The notes under the pieces were generated by a model. That model was not told the origin of the DNA, ran no database searches, and worked only from the letters and a program-made list of their open reading frames with translations. Positions 21,224-30,989 of a stretch of 64,000 nucleotides of DNA are shown one piece after another. Numbering within the stretch: position 1 is the stretch's first letter; every line of letters starts with the position of its first letter. The stretch comes from an uncultured Gemmatimonadales bacterium (GTDB lineage Bacteria; Gemmatimonadota; Gemmatimonadetes; Gemmatimonadales; GWC2-71-9). The stretch lies in contig CAWCVB010000006.1 of assembly GCA_963798915.1 (NCBI GenBank), positions 384,001 through 448,000 on the forward strand, in the 5' to 3' direction. The translations under genes were made by a program, and so were the position numbers.

Positions 21224-21573
21224 GAGAGCGTGATGATACTGCTGGTCGCGCCCTTCTCGATCCCCTGGCTGATCTGCTCGTTCACCTTGGCCATCAGCTT
21301 GTCGAAGTTGGCACGGGCCACCACGTACGCCTGCCCACTCGGGCTCGTCTCCAGCTCGCGAACGGCGGTCTCATAGCTCTCGGCCACAGCCGGATCGGGC
21401 ATTTGCCCCTGCGCGATTGCCTGGTCCACCTGTCGAGCAAGCTGCTGGATGCGGTCCAGGCGGGCCACCGTCTCCTTGTCCTCCCGAAGTGTGGCTTCCG
21501 CTCGCCGCATGGCCTGATATTCCGTGGACTGGCCGATGAGGCGTCCGAGTTCCTGCGCCTTGTCCCAGATCAT
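21220..21573 (-). CDS. YlbF/YmcA (Com_YlbF)-family helical protein
   Basis: IWDKAQELGRLIGQSTEY start, all-helical 117 aa, YVVA...KLMAKVNEQI. Confidence 0.75.
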   Translation of the reverse strand: MIWDKAQELGRLIGQSTEYQAMRRAEATLREDKETVARLDRIQQLARQVDQAIAQGQMPDPAVAESYETAVRELETSPSGQAYVVARANFDKLMAKVNEQISQGIEKGATSSIITLS

Positions 21574-22415
21574 GCGTTACTCCTTTGAGCCAGCAGGAAA
21601 CGCTCGCGCCCGAACAGATCCTGATGAATAGTCACGACGCCGAATCCGGCGCCCAGGGCGATCCGCCTGGATTCCACTGCCCGGCTGGAGTCGATCTCCA
21701 TCACGACCCATCCTCCAGAAGAGAGCCCCCGCGCAGCATCCGCCAGCACGGCGCGCGTGGCGGCCAGGCCATCCAGTCCACTCTCCAGCGCGAGCCGTGG
21801 TTCGAATTCGCGCACCGACCGGTCCAGACTGCGGAACTCCGCTGTGGAAAGATACGGGGGATTGGACACAATGAGGTCGAAGGCGCCGCTCGCCAGGCCG
21901 CTACCAAAGTCGCCGCGGACCAACTCGATGGATGCGCGGGCCGCAGCCGCATTGCGTCGGGCAACTGCGAGTGCAGCCGCACTCCGGTCCACCGCCACCA
22001 CGGTTCGAAACCAGCCCTCTGTCGCCAGGGCCAGCGCCAGACAGCCGGAACCAGTGCCGATGTCAGCCACACGACCGCTGTTGATACGCTCCAATGCCAG
22101 CTCGACCAGAAGCTCCGTTTCAGGGCGCGGAATCAGTACGGCTGGCGTAATCTCGAGCGTGAGACGCCGGAATCCCCAGCGGCCAATGACGTAGGCCAAG
22201 GGCATTCCCTGGGCCCGCAGCTCGATGGCGCGCTCGAAGCGTGCTGCCTGCAGCGGCTCCGTGGCCAAGTCGCGTTCGGGCCAGCCGCCAGATGCTCCTG
22301 CGGCACTCAGATCGTCCCAGATCCGAGCGGCCTCACGCCTCGCCTCGGCGATGCCTGCCCCCGCGAGGCGGGCCGCAGCACCGACAAGCAGCTGCCGGAC
22401 GGTCGCGCCGGCCAT
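21570..22415 (-). CDS. prmC: Release factor glutamine methyltransferase
   Basis: VLIPRPETE, DIGTGSGC, SNPPY, EPRLAL. Follows prfA. Confidence 0.96.
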   Translation of the reverse strand: MAGATVRQLLVGAAARLAGAGIAEARREAARIWDDLSAAGASGGWPERDLATEPLQAARFERAIELRAQGMPLAYVIGRWGFRRLTLEITPAVLIPRPETELLVELALERINSGRVADIGTGSGCLALALATEGWFRTVVAVDRSAAALAVARRNAAAARASIELVRGDFGSGLASGAFDLIVSNPPYLSTAEFRSLDRSVREFEPRLALESGLDGLAATRAVLADAARGLSSGGWVVMEIDSSRAVESRRIALGAGFGVVTIHQDLFGRERFLLAQRSNA

Positions 22416-22416
22416 G

Positions 22417-23478
22417 TCAATCGCCACCGAACTGCTCCTCTCGGCTTGCCAGGCGCACGGCCCCGATGAGAGCATCCAGGTCGCCGTTCATGACGTCCGC
22501 CAGATTGTGCACCGAGAAATTGATGCGGTGATCAGTGACCCGGCTCTGGGGATAGTTGTAGGTGCGAATCTTTCCCGAGCGGTCCCCAGTGCCTACCATG
22601 GCGCGACGCTCCTGCGAGCGGGCCGATTCCTGCTGGGCGATCATCCGGTCCAGCAGCCGGGCACGCAGGACCTCCATGGCCTTGAGCTTGTTCTGCAGCT
22701 GCGACTTCTGGTCCTGCTGCTGCACGACGACGCCGGTGGGCACATGGGTAATCCGTACGGCACTGTCCGTGGTGTTGACGCTCTGCCCGCCCGGACCCGA
22801 CGAGCGGAAGACATCGATCCGCAAGTCGCCCGGGTCGATCGTCACATCCACTTCCTCGGCCTCGGGCAGGACGGCAACCGTGGCGGCAGACGTATGGATC
22901 CGCCCCTGCGTCTCGGTGGCTGGCACGCGCTGCACCCGGTGCACACCGCTTTCGCGCCGAAGCAACCCGAAGGCGTCCGGGCCCCGCACGGCGACGATGG
23001 CTTCCTTCAGGCCACCCATATTGCCTTCGCTTACGCTGATCGGCTCCCACCCGAGATGATGGCGGGTCGCAAACCGCTCGTACATCCGGTAGAGGTCACC
23101 GCAGAAGAGCGAGGCCTCATCGCCCCCTGTTCCTGCCCGGAGTTCCAGGATGGCGTCCCGGTCGTCGTGCGGGTCACGTGGCAGCAGGAGCGCGTGGAGT
23201 TGCTCCTCGAGCATCGCTATTTCCGGCCGCAGCCGATCGAGGTCCGCCGAGGCCAACGCAACAAGCTCGGGGTCGGCCTCCGCGGCCAATTCCCGAGCTT
23301 GTTCCAGTTCATTCTGCAATCGGGCCAGGCGCTCCGCTGTCCGGACGACCGGCATCAGTCGGGTATGTTCCCGGCCGAGGGCGCGCAGTTTGGCGGAGTC
23401 CCGCGCAACTGCGGGATCGGCGAGGGCATCGGCCACTTCCTCCGCCCGCTGCAATACCTGGCGGAGCCGGCCCTCCAT
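22417..23478 (-). CDS. prfA: Peptide chain release factor 1
   Basis: [13 protein letters not shown] (PxT), [16 protein letters not shown]. Confidence 0.98.
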   Translation of the reverse strand: MEGRLRQVLQRAEEVADALADPAVARDSAKLRALGREHTRLMPVVRTAERLARLQNELEQARELAAEADPELVALASADLDRLRPEIAMLEEQLHALLLPRDPHDDRDAILELRAGTGGDEASLFCGDLYRMYERFATRHHLGWEPISVSEGNMGGLKEAIVAVRGPDAFGLLRRESGVHRVQRVPATETQGRIHTSAATVAVLPEAEEVDVTIDPGDLRIDVFRSSGPGGQSVNTTDSAVRITHVPTGVVVQQQDQKSQLQNKLKAMEVLRARLLDRMIAQQESARSQERRAMVGTGDRSGKIRTYNYPQSRVTDHRINFSVHNLADVMNGDLDALIGAVRLASREEQFGGD

Positions 23479-23481
23479 GAC

Positions 23482-23688
23482 CTACGCCTTTGTGCCCTCG
23501 TACTTGCGCCGGAAGCGGTCCACCCGGCCCGCAGTATCGATCATGCGCTGCTTGCCGGTGTAATATGGATGGCACTTGGCGCAGACTTCCACATGGATGT
23601 TGGAAGCCGTCGAGCGGGTTTCGAACGAATTGCCGCAGGCGCACACGACGGTGAGTGTTTCGTACTTGGGATGCAGGTCGGCCTTCAC
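23482..23688 (-). CDS. rpmE: 50S ribosomal protein L31 (Zn-binding form)
   Basis: [24 protein letters not shown]. Confidence 0.97.
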   Translation of the reverse strand: MKADLHPKYETLTVVCACGNSFETRSTASNIHVEVCAKCHPYYTGKQRMIDTAGRVDRFRRKYEGTKA

Positions 23689-23745
23689 GGAATGCTCCTG
23701 GAAAACGCCCGGTTCGGGGCAACGAAATCGAAACTATAGCCCTTC

Positions 23746-23774
23746 AATTTAACGGGGACCGCTCCTGGCCTCAA
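23746..23774 (-). promoter_or_regulatory. Sigma70-type promoter for the rpmE-prfA operon
   Basis: Minus strand TTGAGG-N17-TAAATT. Confidence 0.55.
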
Positions 23775-23787
23775 GCGAGCGTAGGAT

Positions 23788-23816
23788 TTGACACGATCGC
23801 ATGCCGCAAGTAGTTT
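23788..23816 (+). promoter_or_regulatory. Sigma70-type promoter for the crp-like gene
   Basis: TTGACA-N17-TAGTTT. Confidence 0.7.
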
Positions 23817-23860
23817 CATGGCAATCACTTGCAGGTTGACGCTTTCATCCATTCGAGGCG

Positions 23861-24541
23861 ATGATGACCCTCGCGACGGTTGAGGTTCTCCGGAAGGTGC
23901 CGTTGTTCGCCAGCCTCTCGGCGGTGGACCTTCAGGCATTTGCCGACCTGTGTCGGGAGCGCAGCTATCCGCGGGGCAGTGTCATTGTCTTTGAGGACGA
24001 TCCCGGGGACGCGATGTATCTGGTTGCCTCTGGCCAGGTGAAGGTCGTGCTGATCGCCGAGGACGGGCGGGAAGTCATCCTCTCGGTGCTGGGCGAAGGA
24101 GCCGTGTTCGGGGAAATGGCGGTCATCGACGAGGAGCCGCGATCAGCCCACGTCATCGCCATGGAGGACTCGGTCCTCGTGGTGCTGCGCCGGGAGGACT
24201 TCCAGAACCGGCTCCGCCAGTCGCCGGATGTCTCGATTGCGCTGCTCAAGGAACTCTCACGCCGGCTTCGACGCGCCGACGAAAAGATTGCCAACCTGGT
24301 CCTCCTGGACGTGAACGGCCGGGTCGCGAGCCTGCTGCTTCGGATGGCGGAAGAAGAAGGCGGCGATCGTATTACCCGCCGGCTGACGCACCACACCATC
24401 GCGCAGATGATCGGATCCAGCCGCGAGACGGTGTCCCGCACCATGCGAGCACTGGTGGATCGCGGGGTGCTCGATGTCTCGCGCCGCCAGATCATCCTCA
24501 AGGACCGGCGACATCTGCTGCTGGCCGCGCGCCGCTCGTGA
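23861..24541 (+). CDS. Crp/Fnr-family regulator with cNMP-binding domain
   Basis: FGEMA...PRSA phosphate-binding cassette and HTH SSRETVSR. Confidence 0.93.
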   Translation: MMTLATVEVLRKVPLFASLSAVDLQAFADLCRERSYPRGSVIVFEDDPGDAMYLVASGQVKVVLIAEDGREVILSVLGEGAVFGEMAVIDEEPRSAHVIAMEDSVLVVLRREDFQNRLRQSPDVSIALLKELSRRLRRADEKIANLVLLDVNGRVASLLLRMAEEEGGDRITRRLTHHTIAQMIGSSRETVSRTMRALVDRGVLDVSRRQIILKDRRHLLLAARRS

Positions 24542-24637
24542 CCGCCCTCACCCGGCGGTCGTGAGCGGCACCGTAGCCCCTCGGGCGTCAGTGTTGTTCC
24601 TTGGAACCATGCCTTCGCCATCTCCCTGGAGGGCCCG

Positions 24638-25501
24638 ATGGCCGCGCCAGAAGTAACCTTCTGGGGCGTCCGCGGCTCCATTCCGACCCCCGGCCCGGCG
24701 ACCGCCCGTTACGGCGGCAACACGCCCTGCGTCTCCGTGACGAATGGCGAGGGTCGCGTCGTAATCCTGGACGCGGGAAGCGGGCTCCGGAACCTGGGCG
24801 ATCGGCTGATGCATCGCGCCCAGAACGCACCGCTCGAAGTCGACCTTCTGCTGAGCCACACCCACTGGGACCACATCCAGGGATTCCCCTTTTTCAAGCC
24901 GCTCAGCGACGTCCGCACGGTGGTGCGGATTCATGGTGCGCGGCAGGACGACAGCCCACTTGGCGCCATCCTCGAACGGCAGATGGACCCCTCGGTCTTT
25001 CCGGTGCCGCTGACGGCGCTCGCCGCCCGCATCGAGGTGCTCGAAATCGGCCCGGGCCCTTTTGAATTGTCCGGTTTCCGGGCGGAAGCTGTTCGACTGC
25101 GGCATCCCGGCACCACCCTGGGCTTCATTCTGGAACCGGCCTCGGGTGGCCGCAGATTTGCTTACCTCACCGACAATGAATTGGACCAGCGGGCGAGCTA
25201 TCCACTGCCCGACAGCTGGCGGCATGAACTTGTCGAGCGTTTGCGCGGCGTAGACACCCTGATTCACGACGCGATGTACGCCGACGATTTCGTTGACGCC
25301 CGCTCGGGGTGGGGCCACTCAACACCCGAGCAGTCGGTCGAACTGGCGCGAAATGCGGGAGTTCGGCGCGTCATCCTGTTTCACCACGAACCCGAGAACG
25401 ACGATGACGCTGTGGACACGCTCTTGGCGCGCGCGCGCCAGTCGGCCGGCGACGGCCTCGAAGTAGACGCCGCCGTCGAAGGGACTTCGTTCGTGCTCTA
25501 G
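24638..25501 (+). CDS. MBL-fold metallo-hydrolase (putative phosphodiesterase)
   Basis: FWGVRGSIP, GGNTPC, DAGSG, HTHWDH, HPG, TDNE, WGHS, FHHEP. Confidence 0.88.
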   Translation: MAAPEVTFWGVRGSIPTPGPATARYGGNTPCVSVTNGEGRVVILDAGSGLRNLGDRLMHRAQNAPLEVDLLLSHTHWDHIQGFPFFKPLSDVRTVVRIHGARQDDSPLGAILERQMDPSVFPVPLTALAARIEVLEIGPGPFELSGFRAEAVRLRHPGTTLGFILEPASGGRRFAYLTDNELDQRASYPLPDSWRHELVERLRGVDTLIHDAMYADDFVDARSGWGHSTPEQSVELARNAGVRRVILFHHEPENDDDAVDTLLARARQSAGDGLEVDAAVEGTSFVL

Positions 25502-25514
25502 CAAGGAGAAGCCG

Positions 25515-26177
25515 ATGGGCCGGATTGCGTTGCTGGCGCTGGCACTGGCAGGCTCCGTTCGGATTGCCGCGGCGCAGGCGCCGCCGGTCGCCATCGCCAT
25601 TCTTCCGTTCACCGACGGCGGCTCGTACGGTCAGGATCGCGAGAGCTTCGAGGCGCTCGCGGTGGCCATTCCGGCCCTGATGGCGCGAGCCCTCGCCTCG
25701 AGTTCCATCCAGCTGGTTCCGCGCGAAACCGTCATCGACGCCATGCCTGCGAGTGAGCGGCGGCTGGACATCGCCGAGACCGCTGAGCTGGGACGCCAGC
25801 TCAGGGTGCGCTACGTCATCACCGGCGCATTCATAGACCACTATGGCCGGTTCCGGATCGACGCACGGGTGGTTGATGCGGAGCGTCGCGCGATCGTGGG
25901 CGTGGTATCCAACGCTCCCGCGCTGCAGGATCGGCGGCAGCTGTTCGAGATGATCGGGAGCGTCGCCAGCGGTCTGGGGCAACAGCTTGGGGTCCCTGCC
26001 CCGGATTCGCCCAGGCACGTGGTACCGAGTGATGCGATCACGCTCTACGGACGCGGTCTTCGCCTGGCAGACCGAAACCTGCCGGACAGTGCCAGGGTAT
26101 TGTACCGCCGAGCGCTGCAGGCAGATTCCGAGTTTGCTGCGGCCAGGGAGTCTTTGAGCTCGACCGGTCAGCACTGA
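25515..26177 (+). CDS. Secreted TolB-N/CsgG/FlgO-like protein with TPR-like tail
   Basis: Signal peptide, IAILPF, LGRQLRVRYVITG, RIDARVVD, helical C-terminus. Confidence 0.65.
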   Translation: MGRIALLALALAGSVRIAAAQAPPVAIAILPFTDGGSYGQDRESFEALAVAIPALMARALASSSIQLVPRETVIDAMPASERRLDIAETAELGRQLRVRYVITGAFIDHYGRFRIDARVVDAERRAIVGVVSNAPALQDRRQLFEMIGSVASGLGQQLGVPAPDSPRHVVPSDAITLYGRGLRLADRNLPDSARVLYRRALQADSEFAAARESLSSTGQH

Positions 26178-26180
26178 CCG

Positions 26181-28175
26181 ATGACGCGTGCCCGTCCAGA
26201 ACTGTTCCACACCTCCGAGTGGGCGCCCGACCAGGCGGTTGCGGCGGCGTTGGCCGCCGACCATGTGCTGTGCCGGTGCATTGAACCCCGCGGCATGCCG
26301 ACCTCACTGGACGCCCCGTCGGCGCTGCTGGTGTCGATGGCGTCACTCGCGGCCTGGGGCCTGCCGACACTCGCTGAGACAGCGGACCGCGGCGTCTCGC
26401 TGGTGCTCCTGGGCGACGGGAATGACGACGACTTCCCGTGCGATCTCCCGCTGCATCTCGTCACGGCGTTCGTCACCTCCCCGCGATTCTCCCGGCAGCT
26501 CATCCTGGCCCTGCGCACAGCGCTTCGCGAGGCCGGCGAGCGCCGTCACATCAGCAACGCACTGGCGGAGCGGGCGGCCTATGCCCGTGAGGTGCGCGAC
26601 CTCACCGAAACGGGAATCCGCCTGCTCACCGAGCGGAAGCATGACGCCCTGCTTGAACTCATCGTCTCCCAGTCACGGCGGCTGACGGCGGCTGACGCCG
26701 CCTCGCTCTACCTGCTCGAGCGCAACGGCGGCACGCGGCCTCGCCTGGTGTTCAAGTTAAGCCAGAACGAGAGCCGGCCGGACATACGCCTTGAATCATT
26801 TTCTCTCCCGCTCGACAGCACGTCGCTGGCGGGGCACGCCGCGTGCTCGGGCGAGCCGTTGATCGTCGACGACGCATACGGCCTTCCTGCCGAAGCGCCC
26901 TGCGGCTTCAATCGCTCGATCGACGCCGCATCAGGCTACCGGACCAAGTCCATGCTGGTCATCCCCATGCCGAACCAGACGGGTGAGGTCATCGGCGTGC
27001 TCCAATTGATGAATCGAAAGCCGCCGGGCTGCCGGGTGTTCCGGGATGCGACCGACATCGAGGCCATGGCACTGCCGTTTGACACACGCACGGTTGACCT
27101 GGCGCGGGCGCTGGCGGGCCAGGCCGCGGTCTCCATCGAGAACGCCCGGCTGCATGGCAGCATCGAGCAGCTGTTTGAGGAATTCGTGCTGGCGACGGTG
27201 AGCGCCATCGAACAGCGCGACCCCGCCACGTCCGGGCACAGCGAACGCGTGGCGACGTTGACCTGTGCGCTTGCCGAGGCCGTGAGCCGGGACCAGGGGC
27301 CACGCTTCGCCGGTGTGGCATTCAGCCCGCTCGACCTGCAAGTGCTGCGATACGCCGCGCTCCTGCATGACGTCGGCAAGCTGGGCGTACGCGAGCAGGT
27401 CCTGGTCAAGGCGAGAAAGTTGTATCCCGGCCAGCTCGCCGTCATCGAGCTCCGGCATGCCCTGCTTCGCCAGGTGGCCGAGTCGCGCTACCAGCGTGAG
27501 CTCAACCGATTTCTCTATGAGCGCGGCCGCGACGGCTTCGATGCGGCCGAGCGCGCCCTGCGGGCGCAACGTGACAAGTCACTGTCGCAGCTGGACCGGA
27601 GCATGGCCCTGGTGCGGGAGGCCGATGAACCGCATCTCATGCCGGCGTCGGTCGCTACGGAACTCAGCGCGCTTGGCCAGCCACACTTCCAGGGGCCGGA
27701 CGGGCGCCCGGCGGCCTTTCTCAGCGCGGACGAACTGGCGGCGCTGCAGGTGAAGCAGGGATCGTTGCGGGAGGATGAGTGGGAGGAAGTTCGCGGCCAC
27801 GCGGTCCTGACCTGGGAATTTCTGAACCGCATTCCGTGGACAGCCGACTTGTCTGCGGTGCCTTCAATTGCCAGGGGTCATCACGAGAAACTTGACGGCA
27901 GCGGCTATCCCCAAGGCCTGACGGGCGACGCCATTGCGCTCGCGACCCGGATGATGACAGTCGCGGACATTTATGACGCACTCTCGGCCGCTGACCGTCC
28001 CTACAAGCGGGCAGTGCCGCCCGGCCGGGCGCTGGAGATCCTCTCCGAGGAGGCCCGCCAGGGCAAGCTCGACGCGGATCTGGTACGACTCTTCATCGAG
28101 GCGCGCGTCTTCGAGTCCCATCCCGGGCGGCCGCCGACGCCGTCACTGGCGGATGGTCACGTCCCGGCCGCGTGA
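26181..28175 (+). CDS. GAF + HD-GYP cyclic-dinucleotide phosphodiesterase
   Basis: GAF (SGYRTKSMLVIPM, IGVLQLMN), HSERVA, LHDVGK, HHEKLDGSGYP, ADIYDAL, RPYK. Confidence 0.92.
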   Translation: MTRARPELFHTSEWAPDQAVAAALAADHVLCRCIEPRGMPTSLDAPSALLVSMASLAAWGLPTLAETADRGVSLVLLGDGNDDDFPCDLPLHLVTAFVTSPRFSRQLILALRTALREAGERRHISNALAERAAYAREVRDLTETGIRLLTERKHDALLELIVSQSRRLTAADAASLYLLERNGGTRPRLVFKLSQNESRPDIRLESFSLPLDSTSLAGHAACSGEPLIVDDAYGLPAEAPCGFNRSIDAASGYRTKSMLVIPMPNQTGEVIGVLQLMNRKPPGCRVFRDATDIEAMALPFDTRTVDLARALAGQAAVSIENARLHGSIEQLFEEFVLATVSAIEQRDPATSGHSERVATLTCALAEAVSRDQGPRFAGVAFSPLDLQVLRYAALLHDVGKLGVREQVLVKARKLYPGQLAVIELRHALLRQVAESRYQRELNRFLYERGRDGFDAAERALRAQRDKSLSQLDRSMALVREADEPHLMPASVATELSALGQPHFQGPDGRPAAFLSADELAALQVKQGSLREDEWEEVRGHAVLTWEFLNRIPWTADLSAVPSIARGHHEKLDGSGYPQGLTGDAIALATRMMTVADIYDALSAADRPYKRAVPPGRALEILSEEARQGKLDADLVRLFIEARVFESHPGRPPTPSLADGHVPAA

Positions 28176-29159
28176 GGCGGACTCATAAATGGCATCCAGC
28201 ACCTTGTGGAGCACGACATATTCCTGGAGATCCGGCCGCGGGGCCTGACCATTGAGCATGGCCTGAAAGTGGGCCCACTCCGCGCGGTAGGACGCCATGA
28301 AGGGATTCTCCCGGCTGACCGAACCGGTCGGCGCCACGTCCACCGGAACACCATTGAGTTCCTTCCAGACCTTGAGCGGATTGATGGCGGCCGTGCCCTT
28401 GCTGCCCCTGAGCCCGACCCCGAACCGCTCACCTTCCCCGACGTGGTGCCAGGTCACATCCACGAATACCGATGCCGCGTTCTCGCACACCACAAAGGCG
28501 CTTCCCGACTGCTCCACGCCGGTTGCCTCGCCACCGCCATCGAAAGCCGCGCTCACGCGCACCGGAACGGGTGTGCCGGCAAGCCAGAGCGCCAGGTCAA
28601 GAATGGACAACCCGAGATCCAGCATCACACCGCCGCCCGACAGCTCCCGACGCTGGCGCCACCCGAGCTGCGCCCGGCTGGGACGGAAGACGTGCCAGCT
28701 GCCGCGAACACTGTCCACCGCGCCAAGCTCGCCACTCTGGACAAAGCTCCGCACGATCTGAACGTCCGGGCGATAGCGATGGTTCATGCCCGCCATCACG
28801 ACCGTTCCCCGCTTCTCCACGGCGCGCGCCACCTTCTGGGCGCTCGCCGCCGAGGTCGCCAGCGGCTTTTCAACCAGCACGTGAAGATTGGCCTCGAGTG
28901 CGGCCATGATGTGCGCTTCGTGCAGGTGGTTGGGGGTGCACACGACAACCGCATCGAGCCCGTCGACGCGCAGGACATCCTCGATATCGTCAAAGGCGTT
29001 GGGCACGCCGAAGCGGCTGGCGATGGCGCGGGCCTTGGGCAGGTCGGTGTCGCAGAGGGCCACTACCTCGATCCCCTTCATCTTCCGAAGCACTGGCAGG
29101 TGGGCCACCTGAACGATCGCGCCGCCGCCAATGATTCCCACCCTCAATGTGTTGTCCAT
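28143..29159 (-). CDS. Gfo/Idh/MocA oxidoreductase
   Basis: GIIGGG, TPNHLH, VEKP, GGGVMLDLG. Confidence 0.9.
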   Translation of the reverse strand: MDNTLRVGIIGGGAIVQVAHLPVLRKMKGIEVVALCDTDLPKARAIASRFGVPNAFDDIEDVLRVDGLDAVVVCTPNHLHEAHIMAALEANLHVLVEKPLATSAASAQKVARAVEKRGTVVMAGMNHRYRPDVQIVRSFVQSGELGAVDSVRGSWHVFRPSRAQLGWRQRRELSGGGVMLDLGLSILDLALWLAGTPVPVRVSAAFDGGGEATGVEQSGSAFVVCENAASVFVDVTWHHVGEGERFGVGLRGSKGTAAINPLKVWKELNGVPVDVAPTGSVSRENPFMASYRAEWAHFQAMLNGQAPRPDLQEYVVLHKVLDAIYESASRGRDVTIRQ

Positions 29160-29170
29160 CGTCAACCCCG

Positions 29171-30460
29171 CTAGTAGGCGCGTTCGAGTCGCGTGCCCGG
29201 AAAATAGGCGGCGATGATCTCCGCATGACGCTGCCCGGCCCGGGCGCGACCCACGGCTCCCCACTGGCAGAAGCCCACGCCGTGTCCCGCGCCATGGCCG
29301 TCGATCGTGAGGTGAGTCACCTCGCGCCCGGCGCGTGTCGCCTCAAGGGTCACCAGCGTGCTCCGGAGTATATCACCCGACGGGTCCCGCAGCACCCGGC
29401 GCGCCACCGGCCCGGTCAGCGCAACATCGCGATCCGGCAAGTCCACCACGATCGTGCGCGCCCTCCCTGAGACGGTGCGCCCGGTGATCCGGATATCGCG
29501 CACGCCTGTCACGGCTCCGGCAGGTACACTGGTCGCCGCGGGCAGGTATTGCCTGAGCGCTGCGCGGAGTGCGCTGCCGGTGAATTCGGCACGCCAGTGA
29601 AAGCGAGGCGAGATACTGCAGTAGGCCCTGCCATCTGGCGCCAGATCAGGTACGGATTGGAGGTAGGCCGTGTTGGCACCACGAAAGACCTCGCTGCCAA
29701 GCTCGGTCCGTCCCCCGCACGTGGAGAAGAAGAACGCGTCAATGGGGTGGCCATTCCATGTCACGATCAGGCCCGCCGTCTCACGCACGGCCGCCAGTGC
29801 TCCCGGGTTCTCGGCGGCCATTCCGGCATAGACCTGGTCAGACACGCCGGCGCGAAAGTCGAAGCCGAGTGCTGCCCAGCGCCCTCGATTCCTCAGCGCG
29901 TAGGTGCGGGACACGATGGCCTGCGCCTCGAGCGCCTCGTGGTCATCCGCCGGCCGGGCGCCCATTTCCGCGCCCACCACGCCCGGCAGGTATTGCTCCA
30001 GGCCCAGTTGATTGATCGCGGTGAGGCCAGCGTTACCGCTGACCAGCTCGAGCTGCCCGTGATAGCTCCGACCGTTGACGCGAACGGCGCCATCCGGCGC
30101 CACTGGCCGCAGCAGGACAACGGCCGCCGGCCCGATCCGCCGGCCGGCAAGGTCCAGGACCAGGTCGGGGCCGCGCTGGCGGACCATCCACTCTTCGCCG
30201 GAAGCCAGCCTGCCCAGCAGGGCACCGCTGCTGGTCAGGACCTCGAGGGATTCATCGCCGCCCACACGCAGCGACTGGGCTGCCGTGATGATGCCGACCC
30301 GAACCTGGGGCGACCCGCCGGACGGTGCCGGAAGGGCGGACGGCGCTGCCAGTGGCTCGGGCTCTGGAGGAACTGTGTCGGCACGAATGCAGCTCAGCCC
30401 CACCGCGAGCGCCACGACGGCAACCGCCCAACGCCGGCCGTCAGCCCCGGTAATTGCCAA
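29171..30460 (-). CDS. SpoIID/LytB-domain lytic transglycosylase, probable lipoprotein (start uncertain)
   Basis: LEQYLPGVVGAEM, EALEAQAIVSRTY, DQVY, GHGVGFCQWGA. Lipobox-like GLSC. Confidence 0.9.
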   Translation of the reverse strand: MAITGADGRRWAVAVVALAVGLSCIRADTVPPEPEPLAAPSALPAPSGGSPQVRVGIITAAQSLRVGGDESLEVLTSSGALLGRLASGEEWMVRQRGPDLVLDLAGRRIGPAAVVLLRPVAPDGAVRVNGRSYHGQLELVSGNAGLTAINQLGLEQYLPGVVGAEMGARPADDHEALEAQAIVSRTYALRNRGRWAALGFDFRAGVSDQVYAGMAAENPGALAAVRETAGLIVTWNGHPIDAFFFSTCGGRTELGSEVFRGANTAYLQSVPDLAPDGRAYCSISPRFHWRAEFTGSALRAALRQYLPAATSVPAGAVTGVRDIRITGRTVSGRARTIVVDLPDRDVALTGPVARRVLRDPSGDILRSTLVTLEATRAGREVTHLTIDGHGAGHGVGFCQWGAVGRARAGQRHAEIIAAYFPGTRLERAY

Positions 30461-30944
30461 ACTTGATCTCGATGCCGAAGTCCTGGGCCCGGAGCGCGGC
30501 CATCACTGCCTGCAGTTCGTCGCGCGAGGGACTGGACACGCGGAGTTCATCGCCTTGAATCGTTGCCTGGACCTTCTTGAAGCCGCCCTGTTTGATCGCC
30601 TGCTGGATCTTCTTTGCCGTTTCGGTCGGAATGCCCTGCGTGAGCCGGGCGATCCGGCGCACCGACTGTCCGGTGGCGGCTTCCGGTTCGCCGAAGTCCA
30701 CGTTCTTGAGCGGAACGCCGCGCTTCACCAGCTTGCCCCGGAGCACATCGATCACCGCGTTCATGCGGTAGTCGTCGTCCGCCGCCAGCCGGATGAGCGC
30801 TTCGCCCCGGTCCAGTTCGATGGTGCAGTGCGTGCCCTTGAAGTCGTAGCGCTGGGCCAGCTCCTTCACTGCCTGGTTGACCGCATTATCCACTTCCTGC
30901 AGGTCGGCGCCAGTCGAAATGTCAAACGATGCAGTCGAAGGCAT
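30441..30944 (-). CDS. yajQ: YajQ-family nucleotide-binding protein
   Basis: SFDI, QEVDNAVNQ, RYDFKG, IQGDELRV, FGNYR. Confidence 0.95.
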   Translation of the reverse strand: MPSTASFDISTGADLQEVDNAVNQAVKELAQRYDFKGTHCTIELDRGEALIRLAADDDYRMNAVIDVLRGKLVKRGVPLKNVDFGEPEAATGQSVRRIARLTQGIPTETAKKIQQAIKQGGFKKVQATIQGDELRVSSPSRDELQAVMAALRAQDFGIEIKFGNYRG

Positions 30945-30989
30945 GAGGCGGGCTCGTGGTGGGGTCAGGGCAGCCGAAACCGCCGGGTC

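Noticed and set aside
22225..23739. 504-aa plus-strand ORF
   Set aside because: Antisense to prfA and rpmE
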